This document shows, piece after piece, positions 46,057 to 54,956 of a DNA stretch of 64,000 nucleotides (positions are counted from its first letter, which is position 1; the number at the start of each line of letters is the position of its first letter). The notes beneath the pieces were generated by a model that searched no databases, was not told the DNA's origin, and saw only the letters and a list, made by a program, of their open reading frames with translations. A program made the position numbers and the translations under genes. The DNA is from Candidatus Micrarchaeia archaeon (GTDB taxonomy: Archaea > Micrarchaeota > Micrarchaeia > Norongarragalinales > Norongarragalinaceae): positions 30,528 through 94,527 of the forward strand of contig JBAZPG010000002.1 of assembly GCA_041648335.1 (NCBI GenBank), given 5' to 3'.

Positions 46057-48828
46057 TCACTCGAACTGCAACGCGGGCTTCAACGGCAACGCCCGGCTGG
46101 CTTTCGCGTTCCCGCTTTCCTCTTCTTTTTCGAGCGCCACTGCGACGTTGAGTTCGCGCTCCAGGAACGCCTTCGCCTGGGCGAGGACAAGCGCCTCGTC
46201 GGGATAGTGCTTGCGTTCCTTGAAAGCGTAAAAGTTCTTCGCCGCGTACTCCCCGAGAGCGCCCTCCAGGTGCGTTTCCTCGGGTTTCGCGGCGCGAGAA
46301 AGGCCTTGCTTGAATTCCTCGGTTTTCTTCTTGGACGCGGTTATTATGATAAGCTTCTTGGGCTTTGCCTTCAGGCGCTTGGCTATGGTGCGCGCGTCCT
46401 CGAGCACGCCCGACAGGTAGTCCTCGCCCGCCTCGGCTTCGGGGTTTATGCGCGACTCGTCGGCTTCAGGCCAGGGGGCGTTGCTCGCGAAGCCCTTGCC
46501 CCCGAGCGTCTCCCAGAGTTCCTCGCAGGCATGCGGGGTAACGGGCGTCATCAAACGCACCCACTTCTCGGCGACGCGGTGCCCCACGAACGCCACCTCT
46601 TCGGGAGAGGCGCGGCGTTTGAGGTGCTCGAACAGGTTGAGCGTCTTGTAGACCGCGGTTTGGGCGTAGTCGCGCACGCGCAGCCCCTCCAGGGCGGCGC
46701 CCGCGTCGCGTACGCTGGACTCGAACTTGCTTAACGCCCAGCGTGCGAGCGGCGAGTCCCTCTCGGCGTGCGGCGAGGCGAACTCCTCGCACAACGCGGT
46801 TATCTTCTCGAGCGTCTTGCGCGAGGCGAGCAGTTCCTTCCTGCGGAAGTCGAGGGTGCTCCCGAAGTCGGCTGCCCCCGCGATGTAGAGGCGGAACAGG
46901 TCGGCGCCGTACTCGCGGCTCACGTCGCTCAACAGCACCACGTTGCCTTTGCTCTTGCTCATCTTGGTGCCCTCGCTGATGAGCATCTCGTTGAGTGAGA
47001 TGCCGCGCGGCCAGTGGCGCTCCTCGAAGATTGCGGTGTGCGCGAAGATGTAGAAACTCAAGTGGTTCGTGACGTGGGCGACGCCCGTGTGCCTCAAGTC
47101 GTTCGGGTACCAGTAGAGGAACTCGCGGCGGCACGATTTCGCGGATTCGTTGCCCGCACCCAGCCCCAGGAAAACGAAGTCGAAGAATTCCTCAGTCAAG
47201 TCCTGCGGCTTCAAGCCGAGCTCGCGGATTTTCTTGATTACGGTGTAGAACGCCATGTACGCGGTGGAGTCGCTGAGGGACTCGATTATCCAGTCGCGGT
47301 TGAACGGCAGCGGCGTGCCCAGTCCGCGGCGGCGGGCGCACGGGCGCTTGTCCAGCCACTCGAACACGTCCTCGAACTGCTTGCGGTAAGCCTCGGGGTA
47401 GATGAGCATGGAGTCAAGGCAGCGGCGCGCGTCGTCCTTCCAGCCCGGCGAGTTGAAGTCGATGAACCACTGGTCGCCCATCACGGCCCCCACTATCTTC
47501 CCGCCGCACCTGCATTGCGCGTGTCTGTTCGTCTCGTAGAATGGCGTTGCCTTGCCTTGCGCCTTGAGCCACGCACCCACCGCCGTCTTCGCTTCCGCGA
47601 CCTTGAGTCCCGCGAATTCGGGGACCACGGGCTTCATCACGCCCCCGTAATACTCCGCCTTGTAGAGCTCGTTCGTGGCTTTCTCGAGTTTGCCGTGCTC
47701 CTTGAGGTTCGCTATCTTCATGCGTTCGCTGACTTCCTTTGCCGGGAACTCGCCGTAACCCTCGAGCGAGATTAAGCTCACCATTTTGATGGCTTCGACT
47801 GCGGCGCGCCACTCGTCCTTCTTACGGAGCTCTTCGAGCGCAACATAATCGTAAGGCGCGTGCGCGGGCACCGAGTGCACGAAACCAGTCGCGTTGTCCG
47901 CGTCCACGAAAGCAGCGGGGAAAATCAATATCTCGCGCCCGAGCGGCGTGACGCACTTCTTGCCCGCGAAGAAAACCCCTTTTTGTTTTTCCTCCACAAC
48001 GTGCTTCCTGCCCTGTAAAGCGATTTTCTCAGCCGCCTCGCGGGAAACCCACCATTTCTCGCCGTCGTCGAAGCGTATCTTGACGTAGTCCGCGTCCGGG
48101 TTAACGAACTCGTTGGTAATCCCGAACACGGTCTCGGGGCGCAGGGTGCACGACACGATGAACGCGTCCCCGAAAGGAAACTTCACGGCGGTGAACTCCA
48201 TCAATTCCACGGGGTCGGTGTCGCCGTCGCGTATGTCGTCCTCGCCCGCAGCGTTCCTGCATTGCGTGCAATACAATAGCGGGTAATCCGCCTGGCGCAG
48301 GTATCCCCGTTCGCGGTATTTCCTGAACTGCCAGTCCACGAACGCGTTGTATTCCGGGTCGCCCGTGGTGAAGCGTCGCGTGTAGTCGAGCGAGAAACCT
48401 ATTGACTTGAAGTCCTGGATGAGCTTGCCCGCGAAATAATTTACAAGGTTCCAGGGCTCCTTGAACGACGCGACTATTTTTTCAATTGCCTGCGCGTCCG
48501 CCTCGTAGTGCGAGACGTACTCGGTGTAAAGCGCGAGCGTCTCAGGGTCGCCAGCCGCAACCTTCGCGCTCACCGCGAGCACGGGTGTCCCGGTGATGTG
48601 GAACGCCATGGGCCACAACACGTTGTAGCCCTTCATGCGCTTGTAACGCGCGATTGCGTCCCCGCTCACGTACGTCCTCCCGTGTCCCACGTGAAGGCAA
48701 CCCGAAACGTACGGGTAGGGAACCGTGAAGAACCACTTCTCGCGTGACTCGTCCGCGCGCGGCTCGAAGGCGCGCTCGTGCTCCCAGGCAGCCTGCCACT
48801 TTTTCTCGACTACGCTGAAGTCCTGCAC
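46057..48828 (-). CDS. leuS: Leucyl-tRNA synthetase (archaeal/eukaryal type)
   Basis: HIGH motif HVGHGRTY, KMSKS motif KMSKSKGN, CP1 editing domain; start placed at in-frame GTG 48828 because the longer track ORF (to 48876) runs into the tRNA-Ser gene. Confidence 0.9.
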   Translation of the reverse strand: MQDFSVVEKKWQAAWEHERAFEPRADESREKWFFTVPYPYVSGCLHVGHGRTYVSGDAIARYKRMKGYNVLWPMAFHITGTPVLAVSAKVAAGDPETLALYTEYVSHYEADAQAIEKIVASFKEPWNLVNYFAGKLIQDFKSIGFSLDYTRRFTTGDPEYNAFVDWQFRKYRERGYLRQADYPLLYCTQCRNAAGEDDIRDGDTDPVELMEFTAVKFPFGDAFIVSCTLRPETVFGITNEFVNPDADYVKIRFDDGEKWWVSREAAEKIALQGRKHVVEEKQKGVFFAGKKCVTPLGREILIFPAAFVDADNATGFVHSVPAHAPYDYVALEELRKKDEWRAAVEAIKMVSLISLEGYGEFPAKEVSERMKIANLKEHGKLEKATNELYKAEYYGGVMKPVVPEFAGLKVAEAKTAVGAWLKAQGKATPFYETNRHAQCRCGGKIVGAVMGDQWFIDFNSPGWKDDARRCLDSMLIYPEAYRKQFEDVFEWLDKRPCARRRGLGTPLPFNRDWIIESLSDSTAYMAFYTVIKKIRELGLKPQDLTEEFFDFVFLGLGAGNESAKSCRREFLYWYPNDLRHTGVAHVTNHLSFYIFAHTAIFEERHWPRGISLNEMLISEGTKMSKSKGNVVLLSDVSREYGADLFRLYIAGAADFGSTLDFRRKELLASRKTLEKITALCEEFASPHAERDSPLARWALSKFESSVRDAGAALEGLRVRDYAQTAVYKTLNLFEHLKRRASPEEVAFVGHRVAEKWVRLMTPVTPHACEELWETLGGKGFASNAPWPEADESRINPEAEAGEDYLSGVLEDARTIAKRLKAKPKKLIIITASKKKTEEFKQGLSRAAKPEETHLEGALGEYAAKNFYAFKERKHYPDEALVLAQAKAFLERELNVAVALEKEEESGNAKASRALPLKPALQFE

Positions 48829-48849
48829 TAGCTTTTCGCCTTTTTGGAA

Positions 48850-48954
48850 CGCCGAGGACGAGATTCGAACTCGCACAGGTCAAAGACCCACCAGATTCCT
48901 CGCCCTTTCTCGGGGCTTCGAGTCTGGCGCGTTACCGGGTTCCGCCACCTCGGC
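48850..48954 (-). tRNA. tRNA-Ser (anticodon CGA) with long variable arm and a putative approx. 20-nt intron after position 37
   Basis: Reverse complement: acceptor GCCGAGG/CCTCGGC, discriminator G; anticodon stem CCAGA/TCTGG enclosing CTCGAA + intron (gccccgagaaagggcgagg; intron CGAG can pair with anticodon CTCG as in BHB motifs); variable arm GGGTC-TTT-GACC; T-arm GCGAG-TTCGAAT-CTCGT. Confidence 0.55.
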
Positions 48955-48991
48955 TTTAACAATAGCTAATTAGGGTTCCAAGCGCGTTTTA

Positions 48992-49621
48992 TTAGTTTCG
49001 CCCGCGCCCGCCCCTGCGGTCGCGGAAGCCGCCGCGGCGTTCCCCGCCCCTTCCACCCTCGAAGCGCCTTCCTTCGTCGCGCTCCTGGTTTTCCTCGCGG
49101 CGTCCCGCCCACTTCACGCGGTGCCTGCGCCCGCACTTCGGGCACACTCCGTCGGGGGAGAGTTCGCTCCGGTCGCGCGAACAGAACGCCTTGATTACCC
49201 CGAGTTCCTCGTCCACGATTGTCAGGTAGATTCCGGTTTCCTTCACGAGCTTCACGCGCGCCTTTATCACGTCGCCCACGCGGAGGTAGTCGCGGAAGTC
49301 GCGGGCGTAACCCCGGCTCAACTCGGAAATGCGGATGTAACAGAAGGTGCGGCTCGCCCCGATGCGCGGGTTCACGAGTTGGAAGCGCACGAGCGCCATC
49401 TGGTCGTAAATCGTGTCGATTATCCCGTACACGGGATCGCCTTCCCTGACGTAGTGGGCGACGCGCGGGTTCCGCACGCCCACACTGTGCTTTTCCCCGT
49501 TCTTCTCCACGACTCCCATTGTGACTGCGCACACTGCGTCGCCGTCCTCGATGGTGTTCGCGTCGCCAGCGGTTTCCTCTATGAACGCGAGGGTTTCCCC
49601 GGGATAAGCGATTTCAACCAT
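48992..49621 (-). CDS. csl4: Exosome cap subunit Csl4 (S1 + Zn-ribbon) with an Arg/Gly-rich C-terminal tail
   Basis: S1 domain followed by CPKCG Zn ribbon; tail GRREENQERDEGRRFEGGRGGERRGGFRDRRGGRGRN. Confidence 0.7.
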   Translation of the reverse strand: MVEIAYPGETLAFIEETAGDANTIEDGDAVCAVTMGVVEKNGEKHSVGVRNPRVAHYVREGDPVYGIIDTIYDQMALVRFQLVNPRIGASRTFCYIRISELSRGYARDFRDYLRVGDVIKARVKLVKETGIYLTIVDEELGVIKAFCSRDRSELSPDGVCPKCGRRHRVKWAGRREENQERDEGRRFEGGRGGERRGGFRDRRGGRGRN

Positions 49622-49742
49622 TATTCAATAACACCTTTTTCTCGCGGGGCGCGCGAAAAGCGCCCGCAACAACAAAACCGTTTTTTTCCTTGTTTTGTTT
49701 TGCGCGGACGGGTTTTTATTAGGTTTCCCCCAAAAATTGTTC

Positions 49743-50594
49743 ATGGTACTCGAGTCCCTGCTTGACCCGGAGAGTGCGCGCAGGAGCCCGTTGAAGATAA
49801 CGGTTTTGAGTTTCGTTTTCGTGTCGCTCGCCGTATTCGCCACCCTCTTCCTTGCGAGCAGGGAGTCCAGCTTCCTCCTCGTGCTCTTCGTTGTAGTCCC
49901 GTCAATTCCGTTCGTGCTTAACCTGTTCAGCCTCGAGGAATCCAGGTTCTACAAGCCTAACCCGCCGCGCGTGGTCGGGAGCCGCACCCTAGCCCACCAC
50001 CTGCCCACCATAGTCGTCCTCTTGGCGTACTTCGCGGGAATCACCGCGGGTTTCACGTTCTGGTTCCTCGTGCTCCCGTCCGGCGACTCCGCGAGCCTGT
50101 TCTCGCTCCAGGTGACCGAGCTGGAGAGCGTGCGCTCGGTTTTCCAGGGCAAGTTCGTGGACGAGCCGCTCTTTTTCAACCTCGCGGCGTTCGAGCTGAT
50201 TTTCACCCACAACCTCCAGGTCCTCGCCCTCGTGGTGGCGCTCTCGCTCCTGTACGGTGCCGGGGCGGTGTTCGTGCTCGTGTGGAACTCCTCGGTGATA
50301 TCCGTTTTCCTGGGGTTGATTGCAGCCGCGGCGTTGAAGCTCGACCCCGCGAACGGGCTTTTGTCCGGGCTGGGTTACGGCGTGTTCGGGATACTCCCGC
50401 ACGGTGTTTTTGAGTTGCTCGCTTACCTGTCCACCGCGTTGGCGTGCGGGATACTCAGCCAGGCGCTGGTGCGCAGGGAGTACTCGAAGCCCGCGTTCGT
50501 GCAAGTCGCGTACGATTCCGTCAAGCTCCTCGCCTGGGCTATTCTGTTCTTGGCGCTCGGCGCGCTCATAGAGTGCACTGGCGTGCCAGCTTGA
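49743..50594 (+). CDS. DUF95/SpoIIM-like polytopic membrane protein
   Basis: 6 TM helices with ILPHGVFELLAY motif; ATG at 49743 preferred over the longer track ORF. Confidence 0.45.
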   Translation: MVLESLLDPESARRSPLKITVLSFVFVSLAVFATLFLASRESSFLLVLFVVVPSIPFVLNLFSLEESRFYKPNPPRVVGSRTLAHHLPTIVVLLAYFAGITAGFTFWFLVLPSGDSASLFSLQVTELESVRSVFQGKFVDEPLFFNLAAFELIFTHNLQVLALVVALSLLYGAGAVFVLVWNSSVISVFLGLIAAAALKLDPANGLLSGLGYGVFGILPHGVFELLAYLSTALACGILSQALVRREYSKPAFVQVAYDSVKLLAWAILFLALGALIECTGVPA

Positions 50595-50752
50595 ATTGCG
50601 TCAGACGCTATCAGTCGTCGTCACAGCGCGAAGCGCTCGGAGGTTGTTCAACATCATCAACCGCGTTAACCCTTGTGAAGCACCCTCATTTTAACCCATT
50701 CGCGCGGGTTTTCACAACAATAATAACCGCACGGGGCGCAATTTCTTTGCGA

Positions 50753-50829
50753 GGGCCCGTAGCTCAGCTTGGATTCAGAGCGATTGCCTCCTAAGCAATA
50801 GGTCATGGGTTCAAATCCCATCGGGCCCG
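50753..50829 (+). tRNA. tRNA-Arg (anticodon CCT)
   Basis: GGGCCCG acceptor / CGGGCCC, D-arm GCTC..GAGC, anticodon stem ATTGC/GCAAT with loop CTCCTAA, T-arm ATGGG-TTCAAAT-CCCAT, discriminator G. Confidence 0.8.
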
Positions 50830-50836
50830 CTCAATC

Positions 50837-51259
50837 ATGAAAAAGGCGCAGGTTAGCGTGGAGTTCTTCCTATTGCTTACTCTCATGCTCGCGCTCGCGG
50901 TGCTCTTGTACGCTGGCACGGGCGCCGAACAGGGCCGCGCCCGTTCGCTCGACCGCGCCGCCGAGACGCGCGCCTTCCTCGAGCGCGCCTCGCTCGCGTT
51001 GCGCGAGTCGTGGTTCGAGGGGAACGCCTCGACGCGCGTGTTCTCCGCGTTCGTGCCCGGGGAAACGAACTGCTTCTACTGGAACGCGACTTCTTCGGCG
51101 TTGTATTGCGCGTCGATTGCTGACGGAGCTTTCGTTGCAGCCGCAGCGCCCGGCTTGCCCGAGCCCCAGACGAATTGCACGCTCCCGCTTGCCGCGGGCT
51201 GGCGCGAGTTCAAGGCGTGGCGGGACAACGCCGCGTCGCGCCTGGACTGCCTCGGCTGA
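50837..51259 (+). CDS. Class III signal-peptide (type IV pilin-like) secreted protein
   Basis: MKKAQVSVEF followed by a hydrophobic helix; starts 8 nt after tRNA-Arg; heads the pilus gene cluster. Confidence 0.5.
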   Translation: MKKAQVSVEFFLLLTLMLALAVLLYAGTGAEQGRARSLDRAAETRAFLERASLALRESWFEGNASTRVFSAFVPGETNCFYWNATSSALYCASIADGAFVAAAAPGLPEPQTNCTLPLAAGWREFKAWRDNAASRLDCLG

Positions 51260-51271
51260 CTGGGTTTTTTA

Positions 51272-52597
51272 ATGCCCGACGGATTACTAAGATGCTATAT
51301 GAACAAGCGCATTTTCGCGTTGCTGTTTTTGTGCCAGTTCGCGGCTGCCGGCGGCTCGCCCTTGATTTGCACTAATTACGATGTCACTACCGAGCTTACC
51401 TTGTCGGGCGCGGTTAGTGCTTGCTACCTGTACGTCCACCCGGGCGCTAGCCTGACTATACGCGATGCGGCAGTCAATGTTTTCGAGGACGGCAACATCA
51501 CGGTTGATGCGGGCGGCTCGTTCGCGGCGCGCAACTCCAGCTTCGCCGGCGGAACGCAGACGTTCGCGTTGTTTTCGCCGGGCTCCGCGGTGCTCTTGGA
51601 GTCCGTGGACGCGCACGGTTTCGGGGTGCCCGCCGCGGGCAAGACCGGCTGGACGATTGCCACTGGAACCGCGCAATTGGATAACTTCAGCGTCCACCAC
51701 GGCTTGGACGGGCTCGTGCTCGAACACGCTTCCGGCGCCTCGGTGCGGGGCGGCTCGTTTTACTCGAACTCGCAGTCCGGCTTGCTCGTCTCGATTTCCG
51801 ACGGCGTTTCGTTTTCCCAGGTGAACTCGTCGTACAACCCGTCGCGGTTGGAGTATTCGCGGGTGCGTTGGCTGGACGGCTTCTTCGAGGAAATGGTTTT
51901 CGCGGACGAGGTCTCGCGCCTCGAGCGCGCGTGGAGCGTGCGCTTCGAGTTCAGCGAGGGCGGCGAGCCGGCTGAGGCTATGCTGTCCGTGAGCGATTAT
52001 TTTGGCGATGTTGTTTATTCGTCCTCCGCACCGGAAGAGTACGCGGAGTTCGAGGCGGTTCAGGCGGTTTACGGGCAGGGCTTTTCGGGCGTCCCGTTGA
52101 ACCTCGGGGACGAGTGGACCGAAGGCGCGCGCACCCCCCATTCTTATTCCGCAGTTTCGCCCGGAGGCGTGGTGGTGAGCGGCAAGTTCGAGGCGGGTGC
52201 TGGCGAAGTCGGCGTGTCATTCGCCCAGGAAACCGCGCCGTCTGCTTACCCCGGCTCGCTGTTCACGATACAGGCGCCCTCGAACATCATCGTGAACCCC
52301 CAGGTGACTATTTACGTTGACCTCGTGTTGAACGGCAAGGGTGCCTGCGGGGCCGCGTTGTCCGTGGGCGCCGCATTAATTGCTTTGGAATCCTGCGATT
52401 CCACGACCGGCAGACACGCGTTCCTGCTCTCGCTCACCGAACCCGGAACCTATGAGTTGATTGCGTCTTACGCGGGGCAGACTGCCAAAGCAACGCTGAA
52501 CGTGGTGGGGCAGCCGCCCCTCGCGTTGCCCGACCACTCGGTTTGGAGTGTTTTGTTTTTGTTAGCCGTCGCGCTGTTCGCTTTGAGGAAGAATTGA
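51272..52597 (+). CDS. Secreted surface protein (Ser/Gly/Ala-rich, possible beta-helix) with C-terminal TM anchor
   Basis: Signal peptide IFALLFLCQFAAAG; C-terminal WSVLFLLAVALFAL helix. Confidence 0.45.
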   Translation: MPDGLLRCYMNKRIFALLFLCQFAAAGGSPLICTNYDVTTELTLSGAVSACYLYVHPGASLTIRDAAVNVFEDGNITVDAGGSFAARNSSFAGGTQTFALFSPGSAVLLESVDAHGFGVPAAGKTGWTIATGTAQLDNFSVHHGLDGLVLEHASGASVRGGSFYSNSQSGLLVSISDGVSFSQVNSSYNPSRLEYSRVRWLDGFFEEMVFADEVSRLERAWSVRFEFSEGGEPAEAMLSVSDYFGDVVYSSSAPEEYAEFEAVQAVYGQGFSGVPLNLGDEWTEGARTPHSYSAVSPGGVVVSGKFEAGAGEVGVSFAQETAPSAYPGSLFTIQAPSNIIVNPQVTIYVDLVLNGKGACGAALSVGAALIALESCDSTTGRHAFLLSLTEPGTYELIASYAGQTAKATLNVVGQPPLALPDHSVWSVLFLLAVALFALRKN

Positions 52598-52598
52598 A

Positions 52599-53696
52599 AT
52601 GTCCCGTAATTTGGCTTTACTCAAGAAAGCCGTGACCGCCCACGACGAGCGCGCCGAACTCGAAGTCATCGTGCGCCGACTCAAGGGCGGCGCGGATGAG
52701 CGCGTCAAGCACGAGCCCAGCTCCCGCGTGGCTGCGATAGCCCGCAACTTCCGCGGCGACTCCGAAATCCACGCCGAGTCCCCGGACTTGGAGAAGGCGG
52801 ACGTGCGCGCCATCAAGACCGGACCGCTCTCGCTTCCCGCCGCGTTTTACCGTGCGTTTGCCTCGCCGTTGAACGCGTTCGCCCGCGTCCTTGCCGGCAC
52901 GCCGTGGTTCCAGGACGCGCGCGTCAACTTGGATTGCGCGGGCGTGGTGCTTTCCGTCGAGGCTTACCTGGCGTTGTCGGCGTCGGCTGCCGTGCTTTTG
53001 GGACTCACTGTTTTTGCGTTGTTCGCAGTCCTCGGCTTCGCGCTCGGCGACTTGACGCTCGTGGCGTTCGCGCCCGTCCTCGGTTTGCTCGGGCTGGGGA
53101 GCGCGGTGGCGTTCGCTGCGGTTTACCCTTCCAGCAAGGCGGAGGGCAGGGCGCGCGAAGTCGACCGCGTGCTCCCGTTCGCGTTGCGCCAGCTCGCCAC
53201 CCAAATCAAGGCGGGCGTTAGTTTTTACAGCGCGCTCCGTTCGGTCGCCCAGACGGATTACGGCGTGCTCAGCGACGAGTTCAAGCGCGTGCTCAGCGAT
53301 ATGGCTAACGGGGTGAGCACGGACGAGGCGCTCGCGCGCCTCCTCAAGCGCACGCGTTCGAAGGGGCTGCGCACCGCGCTCACGCAAGTCATCCGCGCGC
53401 TCAAGACGGGCGGCAGTCTGTCCCAGATAATCACGGATATAGCGGACGACGTGTCGTTCGAGTCCCGCATGCGCATCCGCGATTTCACCGAGCGCCTGAA
53501 TTTCATCAACATAATCTACATCATGGTTGCGGTAGTCGCCCCCGTCGGGGCGGCGATCCTGTCGGCGGTGATGCAGATACCAATGTTCTCGGGCGGGCTG
53601 CCGCCGTTCTTCGTTTACTTCGCGTTCGCGGGCGTGACCGTGGCGATGCTGTTGATACTCTACATAACAAAACGCTTGGAGCCGGTGGCATGGTGA
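52599..53696 (+). CDS. Tad/type IV pilus platform protein (T2SSF domain), TadB-like
   Basis: LPFALRQLATQIKAGVSFYSALRSVAQTDYGVLSDEFKRVLSDMANGVSTDEAL. Confidence 0.6.
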   Translation: MSRNLALLKKAVTAHDERAELEVIVRRLKGGADERVKHEPSSRVAAIARNFRGDSEIHAESPDLEKADVRAIKTGPLSLPAAFYRAFASPLNAFARVLAGTPWFQDARVNLDCAGVVLSVEAYLALSASAAVLLGLTVFALFAVLGFALGDLTLVAFAPVLGLLGLGSAVAFAAVYPSSKAEGRAREVDRVLPFALRQLATQIKAGVSFYSALRSVAQTDYGVLSDEFKRVLSDMANGVSTDEALARLLKRTRSKGLRTALTQVIRALKTGGSLSQIITDIADDVSFESRMRIRDFTERLNFINIIYIMVAVVAPVGAAILSAVMQIPMFSGGLPPFFVYFAFAGVTVAMLLILYITKRLEPVAW

Positions 53697-54607
53697 GCTT
53701 TTTAGAATCGCTTTCCACGCGTTACCGCCTCTTGCGCAGGTATTACGCCGCGAGCGGCTTCAAGTATTCCTTCGAATTGTTCGCGCTCGGCTTCGTGCTC
53801 ATTGCATTAACCGTGGCGCTCGCGTTGAACGCGCTCAAGGTGGGCCCCGCGGTTTCTGTGGTTGCCTTCGCTGCGGTCTCGAGCCTCATAATCGCGCTCC
53901 CAATCAGCTCGCGTAACGCGCGCATCGCGGAAATCGAGAAGAACCTGCCGGACGCGTTGAAGCACATGTCGCTCGTGCTCAAGGCTGGCGGCACGGTCGA
54001 GGGTGCGTTACAGGAAGCCGCGGGCGGGGATTACGGTCCGTTGAGCGCCGAATTCGCGCGCGCACTCAGGCAGCTCAAGGAAGGCAAGAGCTTCGAGGAA
54101 GTACTTGTCGGGGCGGCGCGGGACAGCGGTTCGCTCCTGTTCGTGCGCACCGCAACCATAATCGTGGACGCCAAGCGCGCGGGCGCGGGGATGGCGGGCG
54201 TAATCGCGGAGATAGCCGAGGACGCGCGCGATGTTCTCCGCATCAAGCGCGAACGCTACTCGCGCACCACGATGCACGTGCTCTTCCTGGGCGTATCCGC
54301 GATACTGTTGTCGCCGTTCATCTTCGGGTTCACGATAACCATAGTGAATTACATCAGCGTCGGGATTACGAGCGCGATGCCCGGCTCGAAGAGCGGGGTG
54401 GCGTTGTGCGACTTGAACCTCCTGCTCACGGTGTTCATCGCAGTCGAATCCGTCATCTCGGCGTTCGCGATAGGCATAATCCGCGAGGGAAAGATAGCAA
54501 AGTATATATTATACGCGCCGTTCATGATCTTGTTCGCCCTCATCGTCTTCGAACTCGGGAAGTACGCGAGCTCGCTGATCGTCGGGGGCGCGCCGATGGT
54601 GTGTTGA
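53690..54607 (+). CDS. Tad/type IV pilus platform protein (T2SSF domain), TadC-like
   Basis: LPDALKHMSLVLKAGGTVEGALQEAAGGDYGPLSAEFARALRQLKEGKSFEEVL; overlaps neighbours by a few nt. Confidence 0.6.
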   Translation: MVSFLESLSTRYRLLRRYYAASGFKYSFELFALGFVLIALTVALALNALKVGPAVSVVAFAAVSSLIIALPISSRNARIAEIEKNLPDALKHMSLVLKAGGTVEGALQEAAGGDYGPLSAEFARALRQLKEGKSFEEVLVGAARDSGSLLFVRTATIIVDAKRAGAGMAGVIAEIAEDARDVLRIKRERYSRTTMHVLFLGVSAILLSPFIFGFTITIVNYISVGITSAMPGSKSGVALCDLNLLLTVFIAVESVISAFAIGIIREGKIAKYILYAPFMILFALIVFELGKYASSLIVGGAPMVC

Positions 54608-54708
54608 ATGAAGGGGCAATCTAGCGTTGAATACGCTCTGCTGGTTGGCGGTGCGGTCGTTTTCGTGACCGTCATAGCCTATGTCATCAAATCGAACATT
54701 ATTTCGTG
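54607..54708 (+). CDS. Flp-type/class III pilin (33 aa; not in ORF track because shorter than 60 aa)
   Basis: MKGQSSVEYALLVGGAVVFVTVIAYVI: G-x4-EY Flp motif followed by a single hydrophobic helix. Confidence 0.5.
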
Positions 54709-54722
54709 AGGCGGCTGCAGCA

Positions 54723-54914
54723 ATGAAAGCGCAGTCGTCCATGGAATTTTTGATGATGGTAGTCGGCATCATACTGTTCGTCTCGCTCGTTTTCCTCCTT
54801 GTCAACGGCACCCTTTTGCCGCAGGCTGAGGGGCAGATAATCGACCAGAGCGAAATCCTCGCCTCCCTCAAGGCGGGTTTGTTTGCCACGCCGTCGCCTT
54901 CCCCGACTCCGTGA
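54723..54914 (+). CDS. Second Flp-type/class III pilin, with Ser/Pro/Thr tail
   Basis: MKAQSSMEFLMMVVGIILFVSLVFLLV from the internal ATG at 54723. Confidence 0.5.
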   Translation: MKAQSSMEFLMMVVGIILFVSLVFLLVNGTLLPQAEGQIIDQSEILASLKAGLFATPSPSPTP

Positions 54915-54956
54915 ACGCCTGCGTTTTTATTCCCCGCGCGCTTTAGCGTTTTAATC

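Noticed and set aside
44608-46151. Long N-terminally extended ORFs (481 and 475 aa) overlapping fba and the nucleotidyltransferase
   Set aside because: Extensions are Arg-rich read-through of the fba 3' end in another frame; GTG start at 44896 gives a canonical NTP-transferase N-terminus.
46466-47775. Antisense and alternate-frame ORFs within leuS
   Set aside because: No motifs; leuS frame carries HIGH/KMSKS.
51287-52141. 284-aa minus-strand ORF opposite the surface-protein gene
   Set aside because: Arg-rich antisense translation.
52617-53387. 256-aa minus ORF opposite the TadB-like gene
   Set aside because: Arg-rich antisense translation.
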